This document shows positions 17,497 through 25,380 of a stretch of 37,894 bases of DNA, in pieces. The DNA lies in IMG/VR virus record IMGVR_UViG_3300012971_000040, positions 1 through 37,894 of that record; one strand, 5' to 3'. The DNA comes from a virus. Its lineage: Duplodnaviria; Caudoviricetes. Position numbers and translations under genes: made by a program. Every line of letters starts with the position of its first letter. The first letter of the stretch is position 1. The notes beneath the pieces were generated by a model. It searched no databases. It was not told where the DNA came from and saw nothing but the letters and a program-made list of their open reading frames with translations.

Positions 17497-17640
17497 GGGG
17501 ATGGCGGGCCGGCGACAGTCGGTTATCCACTATTAATGGGGTGGTCGCGGGTTCGAATCCCGCCGCAACGGCCTAGCCGAGGCGTAGCTCAGTTGGCAGA
17601 GCGCCTAAAACCCGGCAGTCATCACATGCCCGCCATCCCC
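17497..17640 (+). ncRNA. Y RNA (YrlA-like) 2 with permuted tRNA module
   Basis: Perfect 13-bp terminal stem GGGGATGGCGGGC/GCCCGCCATCCCC; T arm 17547-17563, acceptor-like hairpin, D arm TAGCTCAGTTGGCAGAGC. Confidence 0.9.
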
Positions 17641-17658
17641 GATCATCACAACTGAATA

Positions 17659-17789
17659 GGAGGACGGGCCGGACGTCGGTCGGTTATCACAGGTTCGAAT
17701 CCCGTCGGACCCTCTGTGCCTGAACAGCACCCCGGGGTCCGTAGCTCAGTTGGCAGAGCACTCGGCAGGCACCGCTACGCCCGTCCTCC
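17659..17789 (+). ncRNA. Y RNA (YrlA-like) 3 with permuted tRNA module
   Basis: 11-bp terminal stem GGAGGACGGGC/GCCCGTCCTCC; GTCGGTTATC; T loop GGTTCGAATCC; extended acceptor-like stem CGGACCC/GGGTCCG; D arm TAGCTCAGTTGGCAGAGC. Confidence 0.85.
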
Positions 17790-17800
17790 CTCAAGCAACA

Positions 17801-17878
17801 GCCCTGCGGGCCGGTAGCGGTCGGTTATCCTCGACTACCAAAAGAAAGTATCGGTCGCGACGAACATGCCCGCAGGGC
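17801..17878 (+). ncRNA. Short Y RNA 4 lacking a tRNA-like module
   Basis: 11-bp terminal stem GCCCTGCGGGC/GCCCGCAGGGC; same GGGCCGG...GTCGGTTATCC 5' motif and ACATGCCCG 3' motif as RNA 2; A-rich apical region. Confidence 0.75.
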
Positions 17879-17903
17879 CTTACCATCAGGAGGCTTGTCG
17901 GCA

Positions 17904-18572
17904 ATGGATCCGACAGAGTACCAGATACACCGGGTTGAGGTTGCGCCCGGAGCAATTCATATTCCTGGATGGGTGCCGGTAGCGTACCAACGCTGGATTG
18001 TGTCGCAGTGCCAAGATTGGGCGCGAGCCCCCTCGGGACTGCGGGCTACTAAACTCCCTTGGGGCGGGGTGATGTCAGTCCAGCAAGTGTGTCTCGGTTG
18101 GCACTGGACGCCTTACCAGTATGGGCGTGTCACCGATGATGGCACGCCCGTCAAGCTGCTTCCCGAATGGCTTGTCCGGTTGGGTAGTCGCGCCGTAACT
18201 GAAGCGTACGGCGTTGCGGCGGAAGAGGAGTACCACCCCGACGTTGCGCTGATCAACTATTATGCTGGCGCGGCTAAGCTCGGCATGCATCAGGATAAAG
18301 ATGAACAAAGTGCCGCGCCTGTGGTGTCGTTGAGTCTTGGCGACAGCTGCGTGTTTCGTTTAGGCAACACCGAAAATAGACATGGGCCGTATACTGATGT
18401 GGTGTTGGCCTCGGGCGATCTGTTCGTGTTCGGCGGACCGTCAAGAATGGCCTATCATGGTGTTCCACAAATGTTTCCAGGCTCCTGCGAACAGGATATC
18501 GGGTTAGAGGCGGGAAGATTCAGCATTACACTTCGCGTCACAGGAATGGGCGCGATGCGAGGAAGGAAATGA
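17904..18572 (+). CDS. alkB: AlkB-family 2-oxoglutarate/Fe(II) dioxygenase
   Basis: PDVALINYY, LGMHQDKDE (HxD), VVSLSLG, AYHGV (distal His), RFSITLR (RxxxxxR); RBS AGGAGG at 17888-93. Confidence 0.9.
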   Translation: MDPTEYQIHRVEVAPGAIHIPGWVPVAYQRWIVSQCQDWARAPSGLRATKLPWGGVMSVQQVCLGWHWTPYQYGRVTDDGTPVKLLPEWLVRLGSRAVTEAYGVAAEEEYHPDVALINYYAGAAKLGMHQDKDEQSAAPVVSLSLGDSCVFRLGNTENRHGPYTDVVLASGDLFVFGGPSRMAYHGVPQMFPGSCEQDIGLEAGRFSITLRVTGMGAMRGRK

Positions 18573-18964
18573 ATCCTATTCCCGTGGACAGACCATCGAG
18601 ACCGGAGCGAACCGGAACCTTACGATGGCAGTTCAGCGCCGGAATCCTAGCGTGGCCGATCATCCAAGACATTGTCAATTATGGACGCGCACATGGTTGC
18701 GACATTCAGACGCACACGTTCGGGATCCTTATTAAGCGGGGCTGGATGGTCGCTCACGGCACTGAGTCAGCCATACGTGGTGTCAGCTCACGCATTAATC
18801 ACATTGATCGACAGGTTAAGGAGGGGGCGCAATGGACGCCCTGTCAGCGATCAGCACCCGAACCACCCCGCAGACCGAACGGGCCGACGCCCGGCAGGTC
18901 CCGAACTCCGCGGGCGGCTACGGCTTCCGGGTCGGCGATGACGCCCGGATCCACCGGTTTCTGA
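18569..18964 (+). CDS. Hypothetical protein between alkB and Ro
   Basis: ATGA overlap with the alkB stop and GAGGAAGG RBS; the 3' 133 nt overlap the Ro gene. Confidence 0.5.
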   Translation: MNPIPVDRPSRPERTGTLRWQFSAGILAWPIIQDIVNYGRAHGCDIQTHTFGILIKRGWMVAHGTESAIRGVSSRINHIDRQVKEGAQWTPCQRSAPEPPRRPNGPTPGRSRTPRAATASGSAMTPGSTGF

Positions 18965-20454
18965 CGCTGGGCACCGAGGGCGGCACTTACTACACCTCAG
19001 AGCACGAGCTGACCAAGGACACCGCCTCCGTAGTCCTGCGGTCGGCGCGTGAGCGTGGCTCGTGGCTGGTCGAACGCATCGTCGAGATCTCCACTGCGGG
19101 CCGGGCGCCTCGGCAGAATCCGGCCATCTTCGCTCTCGCGGCGACCGCAGGGCTGGGTGACGACGACGGGCGTAAGGCTGCTCTTGCAGCGCTGCCTGCG
19201 GTGTGCCGGACAGGTACTCACCTGTTCCTATTCGCTGGCTACGTCGAGCAGTTCCGCGGCTGGGGCCGTGGCCTTCGGCGCGCGGTCGGCAACTGGTATC
19301 TGTGGCGCGACGTGGACGACGTCGCCTACCAAGTGGTGAAGTACCGCCAGCGGGAAGGCTGGACCCATCGGGACCTGCTGCGCTTGGCGCACCCGAAGGC
19401 TAGCGCAGACGACCGGCGAGCACTGTTCGACTGGATCACACACGACGTCGAGATCGGCGGCGCACCGCTCATCCGGGCGTTCGTCCGGGCTCAAGCAGCT
19501 ACCGAGGTGTCCGTCTGGGTCGAGCTGATCCAGAACAACCGGCTGTCCTGGGAGATGCTGCCCGATGCCGCACTGAGTGAGCCGGCCGTCTGGCACGCGC
19601 TGATCGAGAAGGGGATGCCGCAGACCGCGCTCATGCGCCAGCTGCCCCGGCTGACCAGGCTGGGCGTGCTGACCGGATCCACCCGGACGCGGGTCGCGGA
19701 GCAGCTGGCCTCCCCCGCGCTGCTCCGCAAGGGTCGCGTCCACCCGGTCAACGTATTGATCGCGCAGCGGACCTACGCGTCGGGCGAGAGTGCGCGCGGC
19801 GATTCGACATGGTCGCCAGAACGCCGGATTGTCGATGCGCTGGATGCGGCGTTCTATGCGGCGTTCCGGACCATCGAGCCAGCCGGTAAGCGCACGTTGA
19901 TCGCGCTGGACGTGTCCGGCTCGATGGGTGCGCGGATCTCCGGCCTGCCACTGACCTGCCGTGAGGCCTCAGCCGCGCTGGCGTTGGTGATGCTGGCGAC
20001 CGAGCCGGACGCCGACGTGGCCGGGTTCACATCGAGCACGACGAGTGTCCGGTCGATCAATCGCGGCCTCGGCTATATGGTCGCCTCAGGCATCAGCCCG
20101 TTGCCGCTGAGTCCTCGCCAACGGCTCGACGACGCCGTGCGATCGATCGCCAATCTCCCGTTCGGCGGGACGGACTGCGCGTTACCGATGTTGTGGGCGG
20201 ATGGCAACAGCAGGAAGTACGACACGTTCGTCATTCTGACCGATAACGAGACGTGGGCGGGCTCGATGCATCCCCACCAGGCTCTGCGGCAGTATCGGGA
20301 ACGCTCCGGTATCAACGCCCGGCTGGTCGTGGTAGGCATGACAGCCACGGACTTCAGCATCGCCGATCCGCAGGATCCCGGGTCGTTGGACGTGGCGGGG
20401 TTCGATTCGGCCGTGCCGAACCTGATCGCGGACTTCTCGCGGGGGGTGATCTGA
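18832..20454 (+). CDS. rsr: Ro60/Rsr TROVE-domain RNA-binding protein with C-terminal vWA
   Basis: 540 aa; QVPNSAGGY, RFLTLGTEGGTYY, TGTHLF, GWGRGLRRAV, KYRQREGWTHRDLLRLAHP, MIDAS DVSGSM, GGTDC, TDNET, GFDS; RBS AAGGAGG. Confidence 0.95.
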   Translation: MDALSAISTRTTPQTERADARQVPNSAGGYGFRVGDDARIHRFLTLGTEGGTYYTSEHELTKDTASVVLRSARERGSWLVERIVEISTAGRAPRQNPAIFALAATAGLGDDDGRKAALAALPAVCRTGTHLFLFAGYVEQFRGWGRGLRRAVGNWYLWRDVDDVAYQVVKYRQREGWTHRDLLRLAHPKASADDRRALFDWITHDVEIGGAPLIRAFVRAQAATEVSVWVELIQNNRLSWEMLPDAALSEPAVWHALIEKGMPQTALMRQLPRLTRLGVLTGSTRTRVAEQLASPALLRKGRVHPVNVLIAQRTYASGESARGDSTWSPERRIVDALDAAFYAAFRTIEPAGKRTLIALDVSGSMGARISGLPLTCREASAALALVMLATEPDADVAGFTSSTTSVRSINRGLGYMVASGISPLPLSPRQRLDDAVRSIANLPFGGTDCALPMLWADGNSRKYDTFVILTDNETWAGSMHPHQALRQYRERSGINARLVVVGMTATDFSIADPQDPGSLDVAGFDSAVPNLIADFSRGVI

Positions 20455-20630
20455 TGAATGGCTTACTGCTGGTCGGCGTAGTGATTCTCGGCATCGTGCT
20501 ACTCGGACTCATCGTTCTGGCAGTCATCGGACTGCGCATTCTGTGGTCGATAGCGCAGGACGGCGCACGTGATAAGCGCGAAGCACTCGGCAAGTTGGTC
20601 CGTATGACCCTGAGGATGAGGGGACGATAG
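20454..20630 (+). CDS. Small single-TM membrane protein
   Basis: TGATG coupling to Ro; MNGLLLVGVVILGIVLLGLIVLAVIGLRILW then a basic tail; 58 aa. Confidence 0.6.
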   Translation: MNGLLLVGVVILGIVLLGLIVLAVIGLRILWSIAQDGARDKREALGKLVRMTLRMRGR

Positions 20631-20799
20631 GATCGCGGTATGGCCTCAATCAATTAGATGATTGATCGCCACGGTGGCTGAGACGGCCGTAGGCACATAC
20701 GGAACGCCCGATCGTATGCGGGCAGGCACTACGGCGGCGGCCCGAGACTCAGCTAGGGCTGCCGCTTCCTCCGTTGCACTGCACTGTATCATCCCGCAC

Positions 20800-21060
20800 A
20801 TGATCACTCGTGGATACCGTCTCGCCCTGCTGACCCTGACCGCAGCAGCTCTGTCCGTGGCGCTGGCCATGCCTGCCGCAGCCGATCAGGCGATGGTCGG
20901 GCCTGAGTGCCGCCCATCCGTCGTGGCAGCCGTGCTGGCGGCTCTGGCGCACAACGGGACCCCGGTCATTCCCGGCCAGCAGGTGCAGTACCTGCAGGTG
21001 AGCCAGCGGGCGGATGGGACGTACTACGTTGAGCCGTGCGTGGTCACGGTGCCTGAATAG
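20800..21060 (+). CDS. Small secreted protein with signal peptide
   Basis: MITRGYRLALLTLTAAALSVALAMPAAA-DQ; two Cys in the mature part; -10 TATCAT at 20787-92 suggests a leaderless mRNA. Confidence 0.6.
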   Translation: MITRGYRLALLTLTAAALSVALAMPAAADQAMVGPECRPSVVAAVLAALAHNGTPVIPGQQVQYLQVSQRADGTYYVEPCVVTVPE

Positions 21061-21367
21061 GCCGAGCGATCCCACACCGCCGCTCCTTCCGAGGCGATCT
21101 TCGCCGCCTCTCAACGCCCGACTCGCCGGCGTCATGCTCGGCAGGAAACTCGGGAAGTGCGGCTACCTCCTCCAGCGTGAGGCCGACCCGCAGATGCCCG
21201 ATGCGCGTGCTTCGATTCCACCACCACCACTCCCGATCGTTGCCGACGCCGGCCAGTATCTCGATCCCGGCCCGTTCCAGCTGAGTGGGAGATCGAAGTA
21301 ACTGAGAGGTCGGGGTGTACAGCGACAGACTCACGTGCCAGACCGGCGCGCCATCGTTGAGCCTCAT
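21044..21367 (-). CDS. Hypothetical protein (possibly C-terminal part of a gene starting at 21508)
   Basis: 107 aa, PVWHVSLS...EWWWWN...GHLRV; an in-frame 46-aa ORF from ATG 21508 ends at the TGA immediately before this ATG. Confidence 0.55.
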   Translation of the reverse strand: MRLNDGAPVWHVSLSLYTPTSQLLRSPTQLERAGIEILAGVGNDREWWWWNRSTRIGHLRVGLTLEEVAALPEFPAEHDAGESGVERRRRSPRKERRCGIARPIQAP

Positions 21368-21538
21368 TCACCGATCCACAGCGAGAATCGATCGGAGGAT
21401 GTTGCCGCTGACCTGCCGTTCGTCGAGCACGTACTGCGCCAGCACGGCGACGCCGAGGTCGGCCCGATCCAGGGGATGAGCAAGCGCGTAGGCTTGTCGT
21501 TGGTCCATTAGGAGATATCCCGTCTGATCATCTCATCG

Positions 21539-21703
21539 CTAGGACGCGCTCAGCTCGAACGGCCAGCCGCACATCTTGCACCGCTTCTCACCGTCCTCGC
21601 CGACCATCAGGACCTCACCGTCGCGGGGGCACTGGTTCTCCAGCACGACCCCGCGCTCGGTGACGTTCTCCTCCCAGATCTCGTTCAGCTGCCGCCAGGA
21701 CAC
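21539..21703 (-). CDS. Small Zn-ribbon-like protein
   Basis: GTG 21703 with GGAGG RBS; MSWRQL...CPRDGEVL...RCKMCGW. Confidence 0.6.
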   Translation of the reverse strand: MSWRQLNEIWEENVTERGVVLENQCPRDGEVLMVGEDGEKRCKMCGWPFELSAS

Positions 21704-21805
21704 AGGTCGCCTCCAACAGGTGGATCGACGAAGTGCCTCACCTCGCTGCAGCATCCACATATCATCTGATAGGGGATCTGATCGAGAGGCGTTATATCGA
21801 TCCAC

Positions 21806-21967
21806 TCATGAGTAATGGGCGGTCTGTTCCAGCTCGTCATCAGCTCCGCATTCTGGACAGACCATCCACCATCCGTCGACATAATCAGCGTCATCCTCAT
21901 GCCCCTCCCATTCGCAGTTATGGCAGTAGGCGGTGACGTAACTCGGCAGTGCGATCGGTTCCCACAT
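21806..21967 (-). CDS. Small Zn-ribbon protein
   Basis: ATG 21967 with GGAGGAG RBS; CHNC...CPECG. Confidence 0.65.
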   Translation of the reverse strand: MWEPIALPSYVTAYCHNCEWEGHEDDADYVDGWWMVCPECGADDELEQTAHYS

Positions 21968-22002
21968 AACGAATCTCCTCCATGTCCGTGGCGGAGATGG
22001 TA

Positions 22003-23892
22003 TCAGCCCCATCCCGGCTCCCATCCGTCGAACCTGCAGTGTGCAGGCACGCCGAGCGGTTCACCATCGTTCGGACACGCCGCGACTGCAGGTACCGGCA
22101 CTCGGCTGAGGGTGGTGGCGAGCCCACTCCAGGAACCCCGCCGTGGCGATCCTGCGCCGATCGCCACGGCCACCGGCATGGTGAGCTGAACCGATGCCGA
22201 GCCCTTAATCACCTCGACCGCGATGGCCACGACCGTCGGACCGGCCAGATCGGCACTCGCCGAGCCGGACATTGCGACGGTGCCGGTAATCGCTCCGGAC
22301 AACCCTCCGAGGTCAGCCAACGCCGTACCCGCATGGCGCACCGATCCGGATCCACTGATAGCCAGGCCAGCGAGGTTCGCTGTGGCCTGGCCGGGCACGG
22401 TGTGCAGACCGCTCGCCGTGGCGACGATTCCGCCCAACGGGCAGGCCACAGCGGCAGGCACCACGACGATGCCGAGGCTGGCGCATGTCAGGGCACCGAG
22501 GGAGACCGAGGCCGTCCCGTGGATGACGTGTTCCTCCGCGGTGACCGCAAGTTCACCCAGTTGGGCGGTTGCAGCACCGATAGCGACGGGCGTACCGGAG
22601 ACCGTGCACGTCAAAGCGCCGAGCGGGGCGATGGCCGGCCCGCCGACGGTCGGGGTACCGACGGCTGCAGCCGCCAGCAGGCCGAGGGTGACGGCAGTCG
22701 ATCCCGGCGTGGTGCGGACTCCGCTCGACGACGTGACCGGCGCGGTGAGCGTGGCTGCGGCGGTGCCGGCGACCGTGACCGATCCAGCACAGCCGGCCAC
22801 CAGCTGGCCAAGCGGGGTGGCGACCGAGCCGGCGCGATCCGGTCCACCGAAGGCACTGCCGGCCAGGGTTCCCAGCGAGACAGCGACCGTGCCCGGCACC
22901 CGGACGGTGCCTACCACGTTGCCGGCCAGCGCGCCGAGGGCTGATGCTGCCGAGCCGGCGCGATCCGGTCCACCTGCAGCGAGAACCGCCAGAGATCCCA
23001 GCGGAGCCGACGTGGTGCCGGCCGTACGGCGGGTACCTACCGCTGCGGTAAGGAGCGCACCGAGCGGGCCTGCGGCGGTGCCGTCGCGATCAGGCCCACC
23101 CGATGCGGTCACCGACAGACTACCGAGGGGAACGGTCGACGTGGCGAAGGTGGTCCGCTTACCGCTCGCCGAGGTCGTGAGTCCGCCGAGGGGAGCGGCC
23201 GCGGTGCCTGAGCGGTTCGGCCCGCCTGCGATACCGGCGGCCAGCAATCCGAGGGGGCAGGTCGCCGTGCCGGGCGTCCGGCGAGTACCCGTCGCGCTGG
23301 TGACCAGCGATCCGAGGAAGGCGGCGATCACTCCGGGCTGGTCCGGGGCACCGTGAACCGAGGTCGTGAGTGCACCGAGGGGGGCGGCTGCAGTACCGCT
23401 GGCAGTCCGCTTGCCCGTCGCGGCTGCGCTGAGCGCGCCAAGAGAGGACGCTGCGGTACCGGGCACCCGGACCGTGCCTACCGCGCTGACGCTGAGTGCG
23501 GCCAGCGGTGCCGAGGCTGCTCCCGGCACTGTGACCTTGGCTGTAGCTGAGACGACGAGCGCACCGAGGGGAGCGGCGACCGTACCCGAGGTCGTTCGCT
23601 TGCCGACGGCAGACGCGCTCAGGGCACCGAGGGCGGCCGTGGCGGTACCCGTCGTGGTGCGCTTGCCGATCGCCGTGGCGGCCAGGCTGCCGAGCGGGGC
23701 AGCGACCGTGCCGGGGACGCCGACCTTGCCGGGAGCAGCAGTCACCAGCGTGCCGAGGCTCGACGCCGCAGTTCCTGCTGTCGACCTAGTGCCTGTCGAC
23801 GTTGTCGACAACGCTCCCAGCGTGACGGTCACCGTGCCGGGCACATCTGCGAAACTCGGCAGGTACTGCGGGTGGTAGAGCTTGGTCAGCAT
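22003..23892 (-). CDS. Repeat-rich putative virion fibre protein (~27 x 21-aa repeats)
   Basis: 629 aa; consensus GTAAAPLGALxxSAxGxxxxx; C-terminal CPNDGEPL...HCRFDGW. Confidence 0.8.
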   Translation of the reverse strand: MLTKLYHPQYLPSFADVPGTVTVTLGALSTTSTGTRSTAGTAASSLGTLVTAAPGKVGVPGTVAAPLGSLAATAIGKRTTTGTATAALGALSASAVGKRTTSGTVAAPLGALVVSATAKVTVPGAASAPLAALSVSAVGTVRVPGTAASSLGALSAAATGKRTASGTAAAPLGALTTSVHGAPDQPGVIAAFLGSLVTSATGTRRTPGTATCPLGLLAAGIAGGPNRSGTAAAPLGGLTTSASGKRTTFATSTVPLGSLSVTASGGPDRDGTAAGPLGALLTAAVGTRRTAGTTSAPLGSLAVLAAGGPDRAGSAASALGALAGNVVGTVRVPGTVAVSLGTLAGSAFGGPDRAGSVATPLGQLVAGCAGSVTVAGTAAATLTAPVTSSSGVRTTPGSTAVTLGLLAAAAVGTPTVGGPAIAPLGALTCTVSGTPVAIGAATAQLGELAVTAEEHVIHGTASVSLGALTCASLGIVVVPAAVACPLGGIVATASGLHTVPGQATANLAGLAISGSGSVRHAGTALADLGGLSGAITGTVAMSGSASADLAGPTVVAIAVEVIKGSASVQLTMPVAVAIGAGSPRRGSWSGLATTLSRVPVPAVAACPNDGEPLGVPAHCRFDGWEPGWG

Positions 23893-23903
23893 CGGCTAGC
23901 CAC

Positions 23904-24557
23904 TCAATCCAACGTGATCACGGCCCAATCAAACGATCTTCCGACTGCCGTGACCTGCTGCAGGGTGAACGTGGCACCGAAGGGTCCGGCGACAACCGGT
24001 GACTCCATGATCGGTGCCGTCTGGGCGTTGTAGTAGGCCACGGTGTGCTGAGCGCGGATCGTGCCCCCGGTGAGTATCTTCGTCTTTGCACGCAGGATCA
24101 CGAGATCGGCTGCGGCCAGGTTGACGCAGTCCACCCGCAGGATCCTCGTTTTGTTCGTGGTCGGCGTGGCGAGGCTGTGCTCGGTACCGATCGTGGCGGA
24201 CTGTGTACCGCTGGATTCGACCACCGGGGTCCCGAAGGACAGGATCGACCAGTCGTAGGAACGGCCCGTACCGGCTGTCTGCTGCAGGGTGAACGTGGCG
24301 CCGAAAGGTGTCACGATGGGGATGGATTCAACGACAGGATTCGCAGGAAGACCCGGATAGTTCCAGTGGTACTGCTCTCTGATCGTCCCCCCGGTGAGTA
24401 CCTTCGTCTTGACCCTCAAGGTGAGCAGGTCTCCGGCCACCATGGCATTCCGGTCGACGCGCAACACCCGGATCGCCGCTGTTGTCGGCGCTGCCAACGT
24501 ATGCTCGGTACCGATGACGGCCGTCTGCGTGCCGCTGGACTCGACCGTGTTCGCCAT
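23904..24557 (-). CDS. Putative virion protein with two tandem homologous beta domains
   Basis: ATG 24557; VESSGTQ..IGTEH.LA.PTT...FGATFTLQQ..GRS.DW occurs twice. Confidence 0.75.
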   Translation of the reverse strand: MANTVESSGTQTAVIGTEHTLAAPTTAAIRVLRVDRNAMVAGDLLTLRVKTKVLTGGTIREQYHWNYPGLPANPVVESIPIVTPFGATFTLQQTAGTGRSYDWSILSFGTPVVESSGTQSATIGTEHSLATPTTNKTRILRVDCVNLAAADLVILRAKTKILTGGTIRAQHTVAYYNAQTAPIMESPVVAGPFGATFTLQQVTAVGRSFDWAVITLD

Positions 24558-25378
24558 CAGCCGATTCCCGTCAGGGTCACGCTCGGGCTGGACAGCGTCG
24601 ATGTCGACGTCGCTCGGTAGCGGACCGCGATCCGGGTGCCGACTGGAACGTCGGCCGGGAAGGTCAACGAGCAAGGGAAGTTGATCTGCTCGGCGGCCGT
24701 GACCTGGAACGGCACGTCTGTAATGATCGCCTGTTCGGATCCGGACGCCCCTATGCCCACGTCGAGAAGCCCCTCGGTGGCCGTCGCGGTTGCTGTGTTG
24801 GGCGCACAGAGCCCCAGCATCAGCCACCGGATCGGAGCTGTGGTCGATGCGGTGATGGCGGTCCATGCGGACTCGGTGTTCGCGGCGCCCGGCGCGGCGA
24901 GAACGGTACCGATCGAGCTGGCGGTCACCGCGCCATAGGTGGCCACGGAGGACCCGGCCTCCATGCCGGACCCTCCGCCGACCAGTGCCATTCCCATGGT
25001 GCAGCTGCGGCTGGCGGTCGCGGTGCGCAACCGCACCGCCAGCCGGCGACCCTCGTCCACCGTCACGGGGAAGCGCCATGCGGCGAACGGGCCGACACTG
25101 CCCGCACCAAAGTTCGGCACCAGTAATGCCTCCGAACCAGCCGGACCAATCCCGATATCAATTAATCCCTGCACGTTGACGGCACTCGCGGCCAGACCGG
25201 TCTGCGCGAGGAACAGCCAGATCTCATACACCTGCCACGGCGTGGCGGCGTACATCTGGACGTAATTCCCCGCCGCGTTGGCCGTCGCGGAGCTGGTAAC
25301 CGTAGTCCACAACGAGGTTGACGTGATCTGGCCGGCCACGATCTGCAGGCTGGCATCCTGTAGTGGCCAGAGCGCCAT
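24557..25378 (-). CDS. Putative virion protein with duplicated beta domain
   Basis: ATG 25378; GLIDIGIGPAGSEAL and GLLDVGIGASGSEQA repeats. Confidence 0.75.
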   Translation of the reverse strand: MALWPLQDASLQIVAGQITSTSLWTTVTSSATANAAGNYVQMYAATPWQVYEIWLFLAQTGLAASAVNVQGLIDIGIGPAGSEALLVPNFGAGSVGPFAAWRFPVTVDEGRRLAVRLRTATASRSCTMGMALVGGGSGMEAGSSVATYGAVTASSIGTVLAAPGAANTESAWTAITASTTAPIRWLMLGLCAPNTATATATEGLLDVGIGASGSEQAIITDVPFQVTAAEQINFPCSLTFPADVPVGTRIAVRYRATSTSTLSSPSVTLTGIG

Positions 25379-25380
25379 GA

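Noticed and set aside
17395-17760. Canonical tRNA genes suggested by three GGTTCGAATCC T-loops and D-arm motifs
   Set aside because: Within each stem-closed unit the T arm precedes the D arm and the acceptor-like stem is a closed hairpin with no CCA. Joining the D arm of one unit to the T arm of the next needs ~90-100 nt inserts and breaks the terminal stems.
17352-17878. CRISPR array or simple tandem repeat
   Set aside because: Shared motifs are short and degenerate, unit lengths vary (78-144 nt), and no cas genes are in the window.
17750-17938. 62-aa ORF (and 17248-17484 minus-strand ORF) over the ncRNA array
   Set aside because: No RBS or protein-like features; the sequence is explained by RNA structure.
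21982-23878. Long plus-strand ORFs (320, 377, 170 aa)
   Set aside because: Antisense shadows of the GC-rich repeat gene; similar shadow ORFs lie opposite the tape measure, portal and capsid-region genes.
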